This document shows positions 38,830 to 50,500 of a stretch of 64,000 bases of DNA, in pieces. Each line of letters opens with the position of its first letter. Within the stretch, counting starts at the first letter, position 1. The position numbers and the translations under genes are program-made. Source of the stretch: Eledone cirrhosa. Taxonomy: Eukaryota. Below the pieces are notes generated by a model. The model made no database searches, was not told where the DNA came from, and saw only the letters and a list, made by a program, of their open reading frames with translations. The stretch lies in contig OZ024763.1 in NCBI GenBank assembly GCA_964016885.1, forward strand, positions 22,196,001 to 22,260,000, in the 5' to 3' direction.

Positions 38830-40850
38830 CTAGCAGTAAAGCCCGGCGTTGCTCGGGGTCGCTCAGTAGCTGTGTTAAAGTTACAATGTTAAGTTTCTTT
38901 TTTGGCTTAAAAACTGTAGTGTCTACTGTGCAGACTTGCATGTGGTGTTTTTGATTAATATTCCCTCAACCAACAATATGCCTTATGAAGTTAAGAAAAC
39001 ATAACGATAACCCGAATGTTATAACAAAAGAGGATGCTGGGGATAAAAACTGCACTGGTTATTTATTAATAAAGATCGAAAATGTAAACACTGCAACGCA
39101 GAGAAAAACATTAGCGTAACCAAATTATCAGTTATGTCTGTCTGCACGCCTATATCACCTCTCTGCACGACTGTCTGTCTGCACGCCTATATCACCTCTC
39201 TGCACGACTGTCTGTCTGCACGCGTATATCACCTCTCTGCACGACTGTCTGTCTGCACGCCTAACGAAATTTACAGATACATATATTTTAAATAAACATA
39301 TAATTTTTGCTTTTTTTTACGAAATATTTGCTTGTTTTACGTAGTCTTTAAATAGACTTGTTTTCAAGTAAAAATATTGTTTTAAAAGGCTTTTAAATGG
39401 AAATGAAGCAAAACGGAAGCTTAGTGTTCGAACTGATGAATTTTGCAGGTCAAAATTTTGCTGGCTCGACAACTGTTCGTGTATTGTGTTAATGTCATTT
39501 TAAACGCTGAGAAAGCCAGCGTAATTTTTTTAATTTTTGCCAGCGTAATTTTTTTAATTTTTGCCAGCGTAATTTTTTTAATTTTTGCACGCAGAAAATG
39601 TAAACAGAACGTAAGACGCTACGCTGAATGTAAACAGAACAAAGGGAAATCATTTTTTTTATTTTTGCACGCAGAAAATGTAAAGAGAACGTAAGACGCT
39701 ACGCTGAATGTAAACAGAACAAAGGGAAATAACTCATCACTTACGCTCAAAAATCGATACATTATATTCGATTTCGTCAGATAGGGCAGGTCAATTTGAA
39801 ATATTTTTTTTCCGATGTCTTCGCTAGGGCTCAATGTACAAGTATAGCAATTTCGGTGCAATTCCGTCAGAGATTCTAAGAGGAGATGTGTGCCAAAAAT
39901 CGATAGACAGACAGACAACCTCAGTTTTATATATATAGACTAGCAGTAAAGCCCGGCGTTGCTCGGGGTCGCTCAGTAGCTGTGTTAAATTTACAATGTT
40001 AAGTTTCTTTCTTGGCTTAAAAACTGTAGTGTCTACTGTGCAGACTTGCATGTGGTGTTTTTGATTAATATTCCCTCAACCAACAATATGCCTTATGAAG
40101 TTAAGAAAACATAACGATAACCCGAATGTTATAACAAAAGAGGATGCTGGGGATAAAAACTGCACTGGTTATTTATTAATAAAGATCGAAAATGTAAACA
40201 CTGCAACGCAGAGAAAAACATTAGCGTAACCAAATTATCAGTTATGTCTGTCTGCACGCCTATATCACCTCTCTGCACGACTGTCTGTCTGCACGCCTAT
40301 ATCACCTCTCTGCACGACTGTCTGTCTGCACGCGTATATCACCTCTCTGCACGACTGTCTGTCTGCACGACTGTCTGTCTGCACGCCTAACGACGAAATA
40401 TTTGCTTGTTTTACGTAGTCTTTAAATAGACTTGTTTTCAAGTAAAAATATTGTTTTAAAATGCTTTTAAATGGAAATGAAGCAAAACGGAAGCTTAGTG
40501 TTCGAACTGATGAATTTTGCAGGTCAATATTTTGCTGGCTCGACAACTGTTCATGTATTGTGTTAATGTCATTTTAAACGCTGAGAAAGCCAGCGTAATT
40601 TTTTACGTAAGACGCTCAATGTAAACAGAACAAAGCGAAATAACTGATAACTTACGCTCAAAAATCGATACATTATATTCGATTTCGTCAGATAGGGCGG
40701 GTCAATTTGAAATATTTTTTTTCCGATGTCTTCGCTAGGGCTCAATGTACAAGTATAGCAATTTCGGTGCAATTCCGTCAGAGATTCTAAGAGGAGATGT
40801 GTGCCAAAAATCGATAGACAGACAGACAACCACAGTTTTATATATATAGA
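38830..40850 (-). mobile_element. Head-to-tail dimer of a non-autonomous Helitron (38830-39939 and 39940-40850)
   Basis: A|TC start, CCCGAGCAACGCCGGG hairpin, CTAG|T end, exact CTAG|TC junction; internal short tandem repeats. Confidence 0.85.
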
Positions 40851-41307
40851 TTATATATTATATGTTTATATTTTCTCATTTCTCTATCATTTTATACTGT
40901 AAATAATATATGTATTATATTTTTATTTTTATTTAAACTCTTAATAAGTGTTACTTTGTGTTTGTATTGATGGATATGTGTATTGATATATATATATATG
41001 TGTGTACATATGTATATATATATATATGTATATTGGGCCTTTTAATATTATTATTATTATCATTATCAATTATATTATATTATATTATATTATATTACAT
41101 ATAGTACTGTAATTCTCGCTTTATATCACCACTTGTGTTTAGTTTTAGTTTTTGCATTGGACTATATTTGTAATATGGTTCAAAATGTTATTCACTTCCT
41201 TAGCAATTTTTACTTGATAATTTTCCTATGCTTTAATGTATGTACACTCCATATTCTTCTGCGTTTTTGGCTTGTATTGGCCGATAGTGCTTCTTATAGC
41301 TTTACTT

Positions 41308-41345
41308 GCCCTGATGAGTCCTTAATAGGACGAAACATTGTTGGC
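41308..41345 (+). ncRNA. Canonical minimal type I hammerhead motif
   Basis: GCC-CTGATGA-GTCC/TTAATA/GGAC-GAAA-CATTG-TT-GGC; AATAAA at 41347. Confidence 0.82.
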
Positions 41346-41470
41346 TAATAAAGACTTTTGATGTATTGAAGGCTTCTTTGGTTTATTTTCATAATATATA
41401 TATATACATATATAAATGCATATATATATATATATATATACATATATAAATGTATATATATATATATGTA

Positions 41471-41532
<62 letters not shown>

Positions 41533-41594
41533 CATATATAAATATATATATATATACAAATATACATATAAATATATATATATATATAAATATA

Positions 41595-42163
41595 TAATTT
41601 TATAATTTGCTTATTTTACGTCTCTCATATTATTGTTCTGCATCCCCATGCATTGAACCACAAAGTTACTAAGACAAAACCTATATATTTGCTAGCATAA
41701 GTATGCATCTGTGTATATATATGTTACTAGATATACTAATTCTTTATAATTATTTTGTCGAGTAAGAATTGGCCAAAACTGCTACTATAGTAACGGTCCG
41801 TCTGCTGTCTTCTTAACAAACCACTCTTCACTGATTGACCTCGATGTCACGTGATTGATTCTTTTGAATTTGCCACCGACGCAGTAGGCAGTGATTTTTT
41901 CAATGGCTTGAAACTTAGTCCACGCTTTGCTTTTTTCCATCCACTGAATTATTTTTGTATAAGTTCCCTGTGTCCACGTATTGCCTGGAAACTTAGCTGA
42001 GAATAGACTTCCCTGATGATGAAAGGCTTCTCCGTACGTTTCTTCGGAAACTATGTTTATTCCCTTTCAGAAACTGGAGTTCAACTGGAGTTCAACTTCA
42101 GTTGGAGTGAAATTTTAGTAAGTAAGTTAATTTTATAATTTGCTTATTTTACGTCTCTCATAT
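41595..42163 (+). mobile_element. Family B non-coding element: 533-bp unit with 36-bp terminal direct repeats and an HHR
   Basis: 41595-41630 is identical to 42128-42163; HHR at 42007-42108. Confidence 0.78.
42007..42108 (+). ncRNA. Hammerhead motif with extended stems II and III
   Basis: ACTTCC-CTGATGA-TGAAAGG...CCTTTCA-GAAA-CTGGAGTT...AACTTCAG-TT-GGAGT. Confidence 0.75.
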
Positions 42164-42410
42164 ATAAATATATATATATATACAAATATACATATAAATA
42201 TATATATATATATATATACATATATAAATGTATATATATATATATAGTATTAATTGTACTATTTATGGTTATGAAAATACAAAAGACTTTAGCAGTTATA
42301 TGTATTTTTTATACAAACCCTAAATAGTGGTAGGCAGTAATGTATTACTAGCTTATTACCAGTAAGTTAAGTAGCTCAATGTAAAAACATCAGATGATTT
42401 ACAGAGCAGT

Positions 42411-43588
42411 TATATGAAATATAAGAATCAAAGAACTGTTCAAAACATTATTGTGCTTACAGCTGTTTCCTCCAAACCGAGGTTTGGATTCTTCGGAGCA
42501 ATTTATTAATGAATGGACAGTTATATGACCTCCTTTTCAGCCAAGAGACATACCGATACATATGCAAATATTGTGGGTCAACATTCATTACAGCATTTAG
42601 AGTGGCAGTACACACTTCGAGATTACATTCATAATAAAAGGTACAATCAAAAATCAAAAATACAGGTTAAAATACAACATGAAGATAAGCGGTTATATAG
42701 TGCAAATGTTATATGTGTGGCAAGCACGTGCGTCTTGTTTATATAGTGTGGCAGAGAGATATGTGTGGTAGGAGCACTTAGGTAGGTAAAGAAGAGTGTT
42801 AGGTTGGTTGATCTGGTGGGAAATTCTTTATATGATTGTTATAGTCTGTGTGGAGAAAAGATATAAGCATTAAAAATAGTGCAAGCATTAAAAGTATTAA
42901 ACGTATTGGAGATGCACAGCGAAGGGATGACAAGGACCTCCATGTACTTCGACATTTTCATGGTTAGGGAGTGTATTCTTCGATTATATGCCCCTCACAT
43001 AATCCACGGCAATTCTATATTGAGCGTTTGACAATCCAGTTAGAGAATCGTAGTCCGATGTTCTTTAGTTCAATACAGGAGGCTGTTACGTTTCGCGAAA
43101 CGACATTGAATACTACCCGGAAGTGTGTGGCTAAGGGGAGTTAATGCATGAGGGGAGGTAACTCCAGGGTTTCTATACCTAGCTATTGAAATGTCTCAAT
43201 ATAGACCCTAATTTCTATGGTTATGCGCAACTTCCAAAAAATTCATAAAGCATAAAGTGTTTTAACTATAGAGTAGTTTATTAAGTTGTGCTGAAGGTGT
43301 TCGTATTATTATGGTGAATTAACCCCCATCCTAGGGTGCCACAAATGAATATTATAGACGATGAGCGAGGATTCTAAATTAATGATCCCTGTGGTTGTAC
43401 CCTACTCATAGGACCAGGCGCGGTGATTGCAGAATCACAATATTTGCATATGTATCGGTATGTCTCTTGGCTGAAAAGGAGGTTATATAACTGTCCATTC
43501 ATTAATAAATTGCTCCGAAGAATCCAAACCTCGGTTTGGAAGAAACAGCTGTAAGCACAATAATGTTTTGAACAGTTCTTTGATTCTT

Positions 43589-43600
<12 letters not shown>
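42411..43600 (-). mobile_element. Decayed PLE remnant with inverted pLTRs of about 165 bp
   Basis: Arms 42411-42575 and 43436-43600; HHR-like motif in each; weak GIY-YIG remnants on the minus strand (LPLATHF; WIVK...GL). Confidence 0.7.
43511..43557 (+). ncRNA. Hammerhead motif (CCGAAGA core); mirror copy at 42454-42500 on minus
   Basis: TGCT-CCGAAGA-A-TCCAAACC/TC/GGTTTGGA-A-GAAA-CAGCTG-TA-AGCA. Confidence 0.65.
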
Positions 43601-43648
<48 letters not shown>

Positions 43649-43993
43649 CATCCTTTAATATTATACAATCTTTTGCTTGACATTACTTCTCTTGCTTACA
43701 TTGTCTGCCAGTCTTGCATCTAATACACGTTGAGCCAACTGTCCCCTTCACTACTGGCATAAAATTCTCATAACTAATCTCTTATCTCTTCTCCTCCATT
43801 AGTTTGTATGCATAATTTTGATATATATATTTGTGTGTGTGTATGTATGTATATATATATGTGAGTCTCAAGTTCAATCAGGGGCAACCACAGTAAGTAA
43901 GGTACTCAATACATTAATAGAGTGTATACAACAAATTTAGTATAGAAATGGCTCCTTCAGGACTAGAACTGTTTCATTCGAAGGAAAACATCA

Positions 43994-44066
<73 letters not shown>

Positions 44067-44091
44067 TAAGAGAGACAGAGAGAAGGAAAAC

Positions 44092-44392
44092 CACCCTTCA
44101 GTCCCGAATGACCACGGAACTTGCACCTAGACAGTTCTCCTCTGAGGTACATATCCGGGCAAGGTTGTTTGTGGAAGGCCAGTAGTGGCCCATGCATACC
44201 AGTATCCTGTTAATATCACCGATGTTGTCGAAGGGAAAGGCAATGGCCAATGGCTGATACAGCTTGGCACCAGTGGCAGTCGCAACTTATTTCAACAGCC
44301 GAGTGTACTGGAGCAACGTGAAATAAAGTGTCTTGCTCAAGAGCACAACGCAAATCCCATTCCAAGAATCAAACTCACAACCTCATGATTGT
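44092..44392 (-). mobile_element. tRNA-derived SINE (family of 21107)
   Basis: Shared body and core with 21107-21798. Confidence 0.7.
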
Positions 44393-44599
44393 AAAGAAAT
44401 GACTTCTACATGACAAAAACTGATTCATTCATATGAAATCATCAGGAATATCCTGATCAAACAGTTCTTGGGATGGTCACTGTTGGAATGTCTTTGATAA
44501 TAGTAGTTGATTGAGTTTGATTACAGGTGATACAGTATCAACAATCAGCACGACGCTATGTGCGTTAGCATATTTATATATATATATATATATGTGCTT

Positions 44600-44953
44600 C
44601 AATGAATGTGGAATGTTAATATAAGAAAACAACAAAGCTTGGATGAACTGAGAGAAAAACTGGATATAAGAGGGATCAGATGTATTTTGCAAGAGAAAAG
44701 ACTGCATTGATATAGACATGTGATATGCATGGATGATGATCGCTAGGTGAAGAAGTGTCAAGAAATCCCAGTAGAAGGAAGCCACAGTAGAGGTAGACCA
44801 AGGAAGACCTGGGCTGAGGTGTTGAGGGCTGACCTCAAATTGCTGAAAGTCACAGAAGAGATGACGAAGGAACACAGCGAGTGGAGAGATGCTGTGCTGA
44901 AAAGGACCCATCCAACTTGTGCAACCATGGAAGAGCAAACATAAAAACGATGA

Positions 44954-44956
<3 letters not shown>
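44600..44956 (+). mobile_element. Decayed RTE 3' fragment
   Basis: KKCQEIPVEGSHSRGRPRKTWAEV...WRDAVL. Confidence 0.85.
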
Positions 44957-44991
<35 letters not shown>

Positions 44992-45207
44992 AGTAAAGCA
45001 ATGGAGTAAAGGACTCGCGTATACCCCTGAAATTCAATTAGCTCAAAGGAAATAATTCCTGGGCTCTTCAAAATACAATATAGAGGAAAATACACAGGAG
45101 AGTGTTTTCACACTTATGTTTTTCACAATAGTCTTATACCCTCTGTATCTGAAAACACACTCTCCTGTGTTATTTCCTCTCTATATTATATTATATATAT
45201 ATATCGA

Positions 45208-45524
45208 GGGAGTGTAACATGAAGTTAATAAGTCGCATAAGAGGGTTCGATCCTGCTCCGTTCTGTGGTATAATCCACCACTCTCCATTGAAATTAAGAA
45301 CTTAGCTCATCTTTTCTTTAACGCACTAGATAAATGTTTTCCTAGATCACATAAGTACAGTAAAATCTTTAACCGACACACATATCAAATGATATCTACA
45401 TCTCCTGTAGATTTTATCTGAAGAGAACGTTTTGACTTATGTAATACATAAGTCATACATCTTCGAAATACGTATAATAAAATAATAGGGATGGACCAAA
45501 GTTACTGTCTTTTTTGTTTATTAT

Positions 45525-45530
<6 letters not shown>
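45208..45530 (+). mobile_element. Mini-PLE: WYNPP coding remnant joined to an HHR
   Basis: 45258-45381 translates to SVLWYNPPLSIEIKNLAHLFFNALDKCFPRSHKYSKIFNRHT. Confidence 0.78.
45411..45483 (+). ncRNA. Type I hammerhead motif with a 7-bp stem I
   Basis: ATTTTAT-CTGAAGA-GAA...TGACTTATGT/AAT/ACATAAGTCA...TTC-GAAA-TACGTA-TA-ATAAAAT. Confidence 0.8.
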
Positions 45531-45564
<34 letters not shown>

Positions 45565-45565
<1 letters not shown>

Positions 45566-45860
45566 CAGGGAGTGTAATGCGGAGTTACTGTAGGTTCACC
45601 CGGGTGAGCACTCGATGTTTAGGTTCACATCAGTAGCGAGGTATAGAGCCAGACAGAGTGTAATATAATAATACAAGGACAATTTGTTAAGCCTTCATTA
45701 CGTTTATTGATTGGTGACACGCGTTTTGCTATTGATCAGCTCAAGGTTCAATCTATATCGATCTGGCTCGACTCTGGAATCAAAAGCTCATCGGACCTCT
45801 GTTATAGTAATCAATAAATGTAATGAAGTCTTAACAAGTCGTCCTGGTATTATTATATAG
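45565..45860 (-). mobile_element. Family A pLTR-like element with an HHR (45713-45797) and an inverted tail copy
   Basis: GGT-CCGATGA-GCT...AGC-AAAA-CGCGTG-TC-ACC, then AATAAA; inverted repeat 45663-45712 and 45809-45858. Confidence 0.68.
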
Positions 45861-46621
45861 ATATATATATATCCATCTGTAACTCTTTAAAATTTATATA
45901 CACTAATATACACAATGCATTTCCTGTCTCAGTCGTGTTGCTACAATAAAAAGTTCTCTTTCCAATCACAAGGATTCTAACCCTACATTTGTCCCAGTTC
46001 TTTCTCCAAAGTTATTCATACATTTAATCTAGTATGTCATTTGTACATACATGCTGAACATTTATGTAATTATATCCTAGAAATATATTATTAAAATATC
46101 ATTTTTATTTTTAATTACTCCCAAAATAAACTGTACGGGTTCTCTTATCAAAATGCAAATTTCCCAGTTTGTATGATTGTTCCTGGTAAATATAGCATTT
46201 TCATCCATTCGAGGTCAATAAAAAAAGTACCAGTCTACTGCTGCGATCCAATCTTCCTCTATATCTCTTTCTTACTTCCATTCTCTCTCTCTATCTATCC
46301 TTCTCTGGAAGAAATCTGCTGTATTCAGACCTGGAGAGGAGATGGGCTCTGCCAGGTTCTAAAAAATGCACTAGAAATGCCATATGTCAATGCAACGCCC
46401 CTATGACTCCCTCAGGAGTTACAGGGCCATACCATAAGCAGAAGAGGGTTTGCATCATAATCTTTTAAGTGCTTAGGGCAGAGATGAGGAACCTGCAGCA
46501 TGAAGGCCCCATGCAGCCTTTCATACCATTCTATGCAGCCTTTTGAAAGAATTAAAAATTTCCAACAAATTTTTAATTGTTATTAATATGTTTTTGTCTA
46601 TCTCTCATTATTTTAATTTAA

Positions 46622-46828
46622 CCCTTAGGCCTTTAAATCAGCCGTATCTGGACAGAACTTTCACACCTCTTTCTGTTCAAACCGGCTGTACCTACATTAA
46701 GGTATTATTTTCAAAATAAATAATATCAAAATCTCGTAGATTCGATATTATGTGAGATAATTATGTAAGATAAAGCCTTTCCTGTGGAAATACAATAGTA
46801 TATATAGAGTAATGTAAATGCTAAAGAG
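46622..46828. mobile_element. piggyBac-type MITE (TTAA-flanked)
   Basis: TTAA-CCCTT...TAAAGAG-TTAA; inverted homolog of 57513-57697. Confidence 0.6.
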
Positions 46829-47099
46829 TTAAACCACTTATTGCTGCGAATCTACATTCTCCTACCAAACCAAAATCAAGACTGCTTTGAGAACACAAAT
46901 GACAGATGCTCATCTGGAGGTTCAGTTGAAACTTTGAACCTCCATTTTGCAACCAAATATCAAAATACTTTCCTACAACAAGCAGTTGCAACAAAGTCAT
47001 TAAATGGTAGTTAGCTTTAAAATTAATGTTTTCTTTTTGTTTTTTTAGATAATTAGTACATAGTAATCATGGTTTCTCGAATGTGGCCTTATCACATAC

Positions 47100-47537
47100 A
47101 AATTACATAGATTTCACACATATAGCCATACACAATTCACACAGATTTCACACCTATAACCACATACATATTACATACTTTTAACATTTATAACCACATA
47201 CATAATACATACTTTTAACATTTATAACCACATACATATTACATACTTTTCACATCTATAACCACATACATATTACATACTTTTAACATTTATAACCACA
47301 TACATATTACATACTTTTAACATTTATAACCACATACATAATACATACTTTTAACATTTATAACCACACATATTACATACTTTTAACATTTATAACCACA
47401 TACATAATACATACTTTTAACATTTATAACCACATACATATTACATACGTTTAACATTTATAACCACATACATAATACATACTTTTAACATTTATAACCA
47501 CACATATTACATACTTTTAACATTTATAACCACATAC
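47100..47537. repeat. 34-bp minisatellite (continues at 51027-51062)
   Basis: Unit CACATACATATTACATACTTTTAACATTTATAAC. Confidence 0.92.
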
Positions 47538-50500
47538 AATTTTCCCACCGTTATGGATGGATAAGCTGGGAATACACGAGCAACTCTGAATCAATAGATG
47601 AAATATGAATCTGCGAGCTACCAAGCACCCACGTGAAGCGCCAACCCAGAGACCCTCCCCTACGAGTGTCGACAAATGCCCAAAACTCCGAGTTGGTACC
47701 ATCAATGTAGGCTCAATGAAAGGAAGAGCAGGAGAAATCGTAGAAATGCTAGAGCGAAAGGAAGTTGATGTATGCTGTGTGCAAGAGACTAGATGGAGAG
47801 GAGGGTCTGCTAGAGTCCTTGTAGGAAAAAGCCAGTGCTACAAATTTTTCTGGGTGGGAAATGACGATGGGATGGGTGGTGTAGGTATACTATTAGCTGA
47901 CAAGTGGGTAGATAAAGTAATCTCAGTGTACAGGGTAAATGCAAGAATCATTAAACTCAGACTAGTCCTGAATAAGACAATTACCACAATAATATCAGCT
48001 TACGCACCCCAATCGGGGCTGCCAGACGAACTTAAGGATAGGTTTTACGAGTCCCTAATACACACTACTGCTCTAACAGACGACAAGGACTTCCTAATCA
48101 TTGCAGGAGATTTTAACGGACACGTAGGTAAACACTGCGACGGCTTCAATAGAGTACATGGAGGCCATGGAGTTGGCACAAGGAATGAGGAAGGATTCAG
48201 ACTTCTAGAATTCTGCGACGCCAATGACATGTCGATATGTAACACAAACTTTAAAAAACCCGACAACCACCTGATCACCTATAGATCAGGGGAGCACTCT
48301 AGTCAGTTAGATTTTATCCTCATCAGAGGACGTGACAGATGGACGGTCGTAAACACAAAAGCCTTCCCTAGTGAGGAATGTACATCCCAACATAGCTTAG
48401 TTGTCAGCGACCTCACGGTCAGAACTAGACGAGCCCTGAAACAGAGGCCAACCTGGAGAAGAAAGATCTGGAAGCTGAAAGTCCCCTCAACCAGTAACAG
48501 ATTTAAAGATATTTTACTCAACGCCTACGACAGTAAAGAAGAACAGATAGAGACATTTAACGTAGAAGAGAACTGGGAGTTCCTAAAAAATAACTTACTA
48601 GAGGCGACGGATGAGGTTTGTGGCTGGAGTAAGACCTCAAGCAGGAGGAGAGTGACTTGGTGGTGGAACAATAAGGTAGATGAAGCAGTCAAGGCCAAGA
48701 GACAGGCATGGAAAGAATGGAAGAACGGGGGGAGCAGGGTACATTACATAGAGACCAAGAGGGAAGCTAGGCGACAAGTATACTTAGCTAGGAGGGAAGC
48801 AGAGGATAGAAAATTCAAGCATGTTTTACAACGTGAGGACCAGAAACAGGAGGTATTCAAGATTGCGAGGCAGTGTGTCAGAGATAGTTGTGATGTCATT
48901 GGAGAGAAGTGTATCCGGAATGATAAAGGTGAGCTTGCCCTCACAAGTGCTGAGAAGAAAGATGCATGGAAGAGTCATTATGATAGATTACTAAATGAGG
49001 AGAATGCATGGGAAGAAGAGACCCTACCCCACGTAGACCCTATAGAGGGACCAGCAGTACAAGTCAGCGGCAGCATAGTAAGTAAGGCAATCAGAGATAT
49101 GAAGATAGGGAAGGCAACCGGTCCATCGGGTATAGCTGCCGAGATGCTGAAGGCATCTGGGTCTGTAGGTCACACTATAACCACACGTATCGTTAACCAG
49201 GTAATACTAGAGGGGGCCATACCAAAAGATTGGTGCAGTAGCATCATTGTCAACTGCTACAAAGGTAAAGGCGATGCACTAGATAGAGGAAACTATAGAG
49301 GTATAAAGTTGATGGACCAGGTCATGAAAGTAACAGAAAGAGTTATAGCACAGCTGATTAGGGACCGGGTGAATATAGACGAGATGCAATTTGGGTTTGT
49401 TCCAGGGAAAGGCACCACTGATGCGCTCTTCCTTGTGAGGCAATTACAGGAAAAGTACCTAGCTAAAAGTAAGCCACTCTACTTGGCATTTGTCGACCTT
49501 GAGAAAGCCTTTGACAGAGTTCCACGTGCAGTAATCTGGTGGGCTCTTAGAAAACTAGGAGTAGATGAATGGCTTGTGAAAGCGGTACAAGCCATGTATA
49601 GGGGAGCAGTCAGCAAAGTTAGGATTGGCAATGAGTATAGCGAGGAATTTAGCGTACAGGTTGGGGTCCACCAGGGCTCTGTTCTTAGCCCTCTCCTGTT
49701 CATCATAGTCCTGCAGGCAATAACGGAGGAGTTTAAGACCGGATGCCCATGGGAACTCCTGTATGCTGATGACCTCGCACTCATAGCTGAATCTATGGTA
49801 GAACTAGAGAATAAATTCCAAACCTGGAAGCAGGGACTAGAGAGAAAGGGCCTCAAAGTCAACATGACAAAGACTAAGGTCCTTATAAGTAGACGAGAAA
49901 ACAGAACCCAGATCCCCTCAGGGAAATGGCCTTGCTCAGTATGTAGGAAAGGTGTAGGTAGGAACTCCATTCTTTGCCCCAAATGCAAACAATGGGTACA
50001 CAAGAGATGTAGCGGGATCTCAGGAAGCTTAATTAAGAATGTAGGATTCACATGCAGCAGCTGTGCTGAAACAGCAAGCAAACAGCCACAGGAAACAAGT
50101 ACCACCAATCTCTGGGAGGGCCCTGTAGAAACAGTAGACAGCTTCTGCTACCTAGGTGACCGAATTAGCAACGGAGGTGGGTGCTCAGAAAGTACAATAA
50201 CTAGGGTAAGAACGGGATGGAAGAAGTTTAGGGAACTACTACCACTGCTAGCTGCAAAAGGCTTCTCCCTCAGAATGAAAGGCAGACTGTATGATGCGTG
50301 TATCCGAACAGCGATGTTGCATGGTAGTGAGACCTGGGCGCTGAAGGTGGAAGACTTACGTAGATTAGAGAGAAACGAAGCCTGCATGCTCCGATGGATG
50401 TGTAACAGTAATATACGTGAACGACAAAGCATAAATGAATTGAGAGAGAGACTGAGCATAAGAGGAATCAAATGCTGCGTGCAGGAGAGGCGGTTACGCT

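Noticed and set aside
47100-47537. CRISPR-like 34-bp repeats
   Set aside because: Simple tandem minisatellite without spacers.
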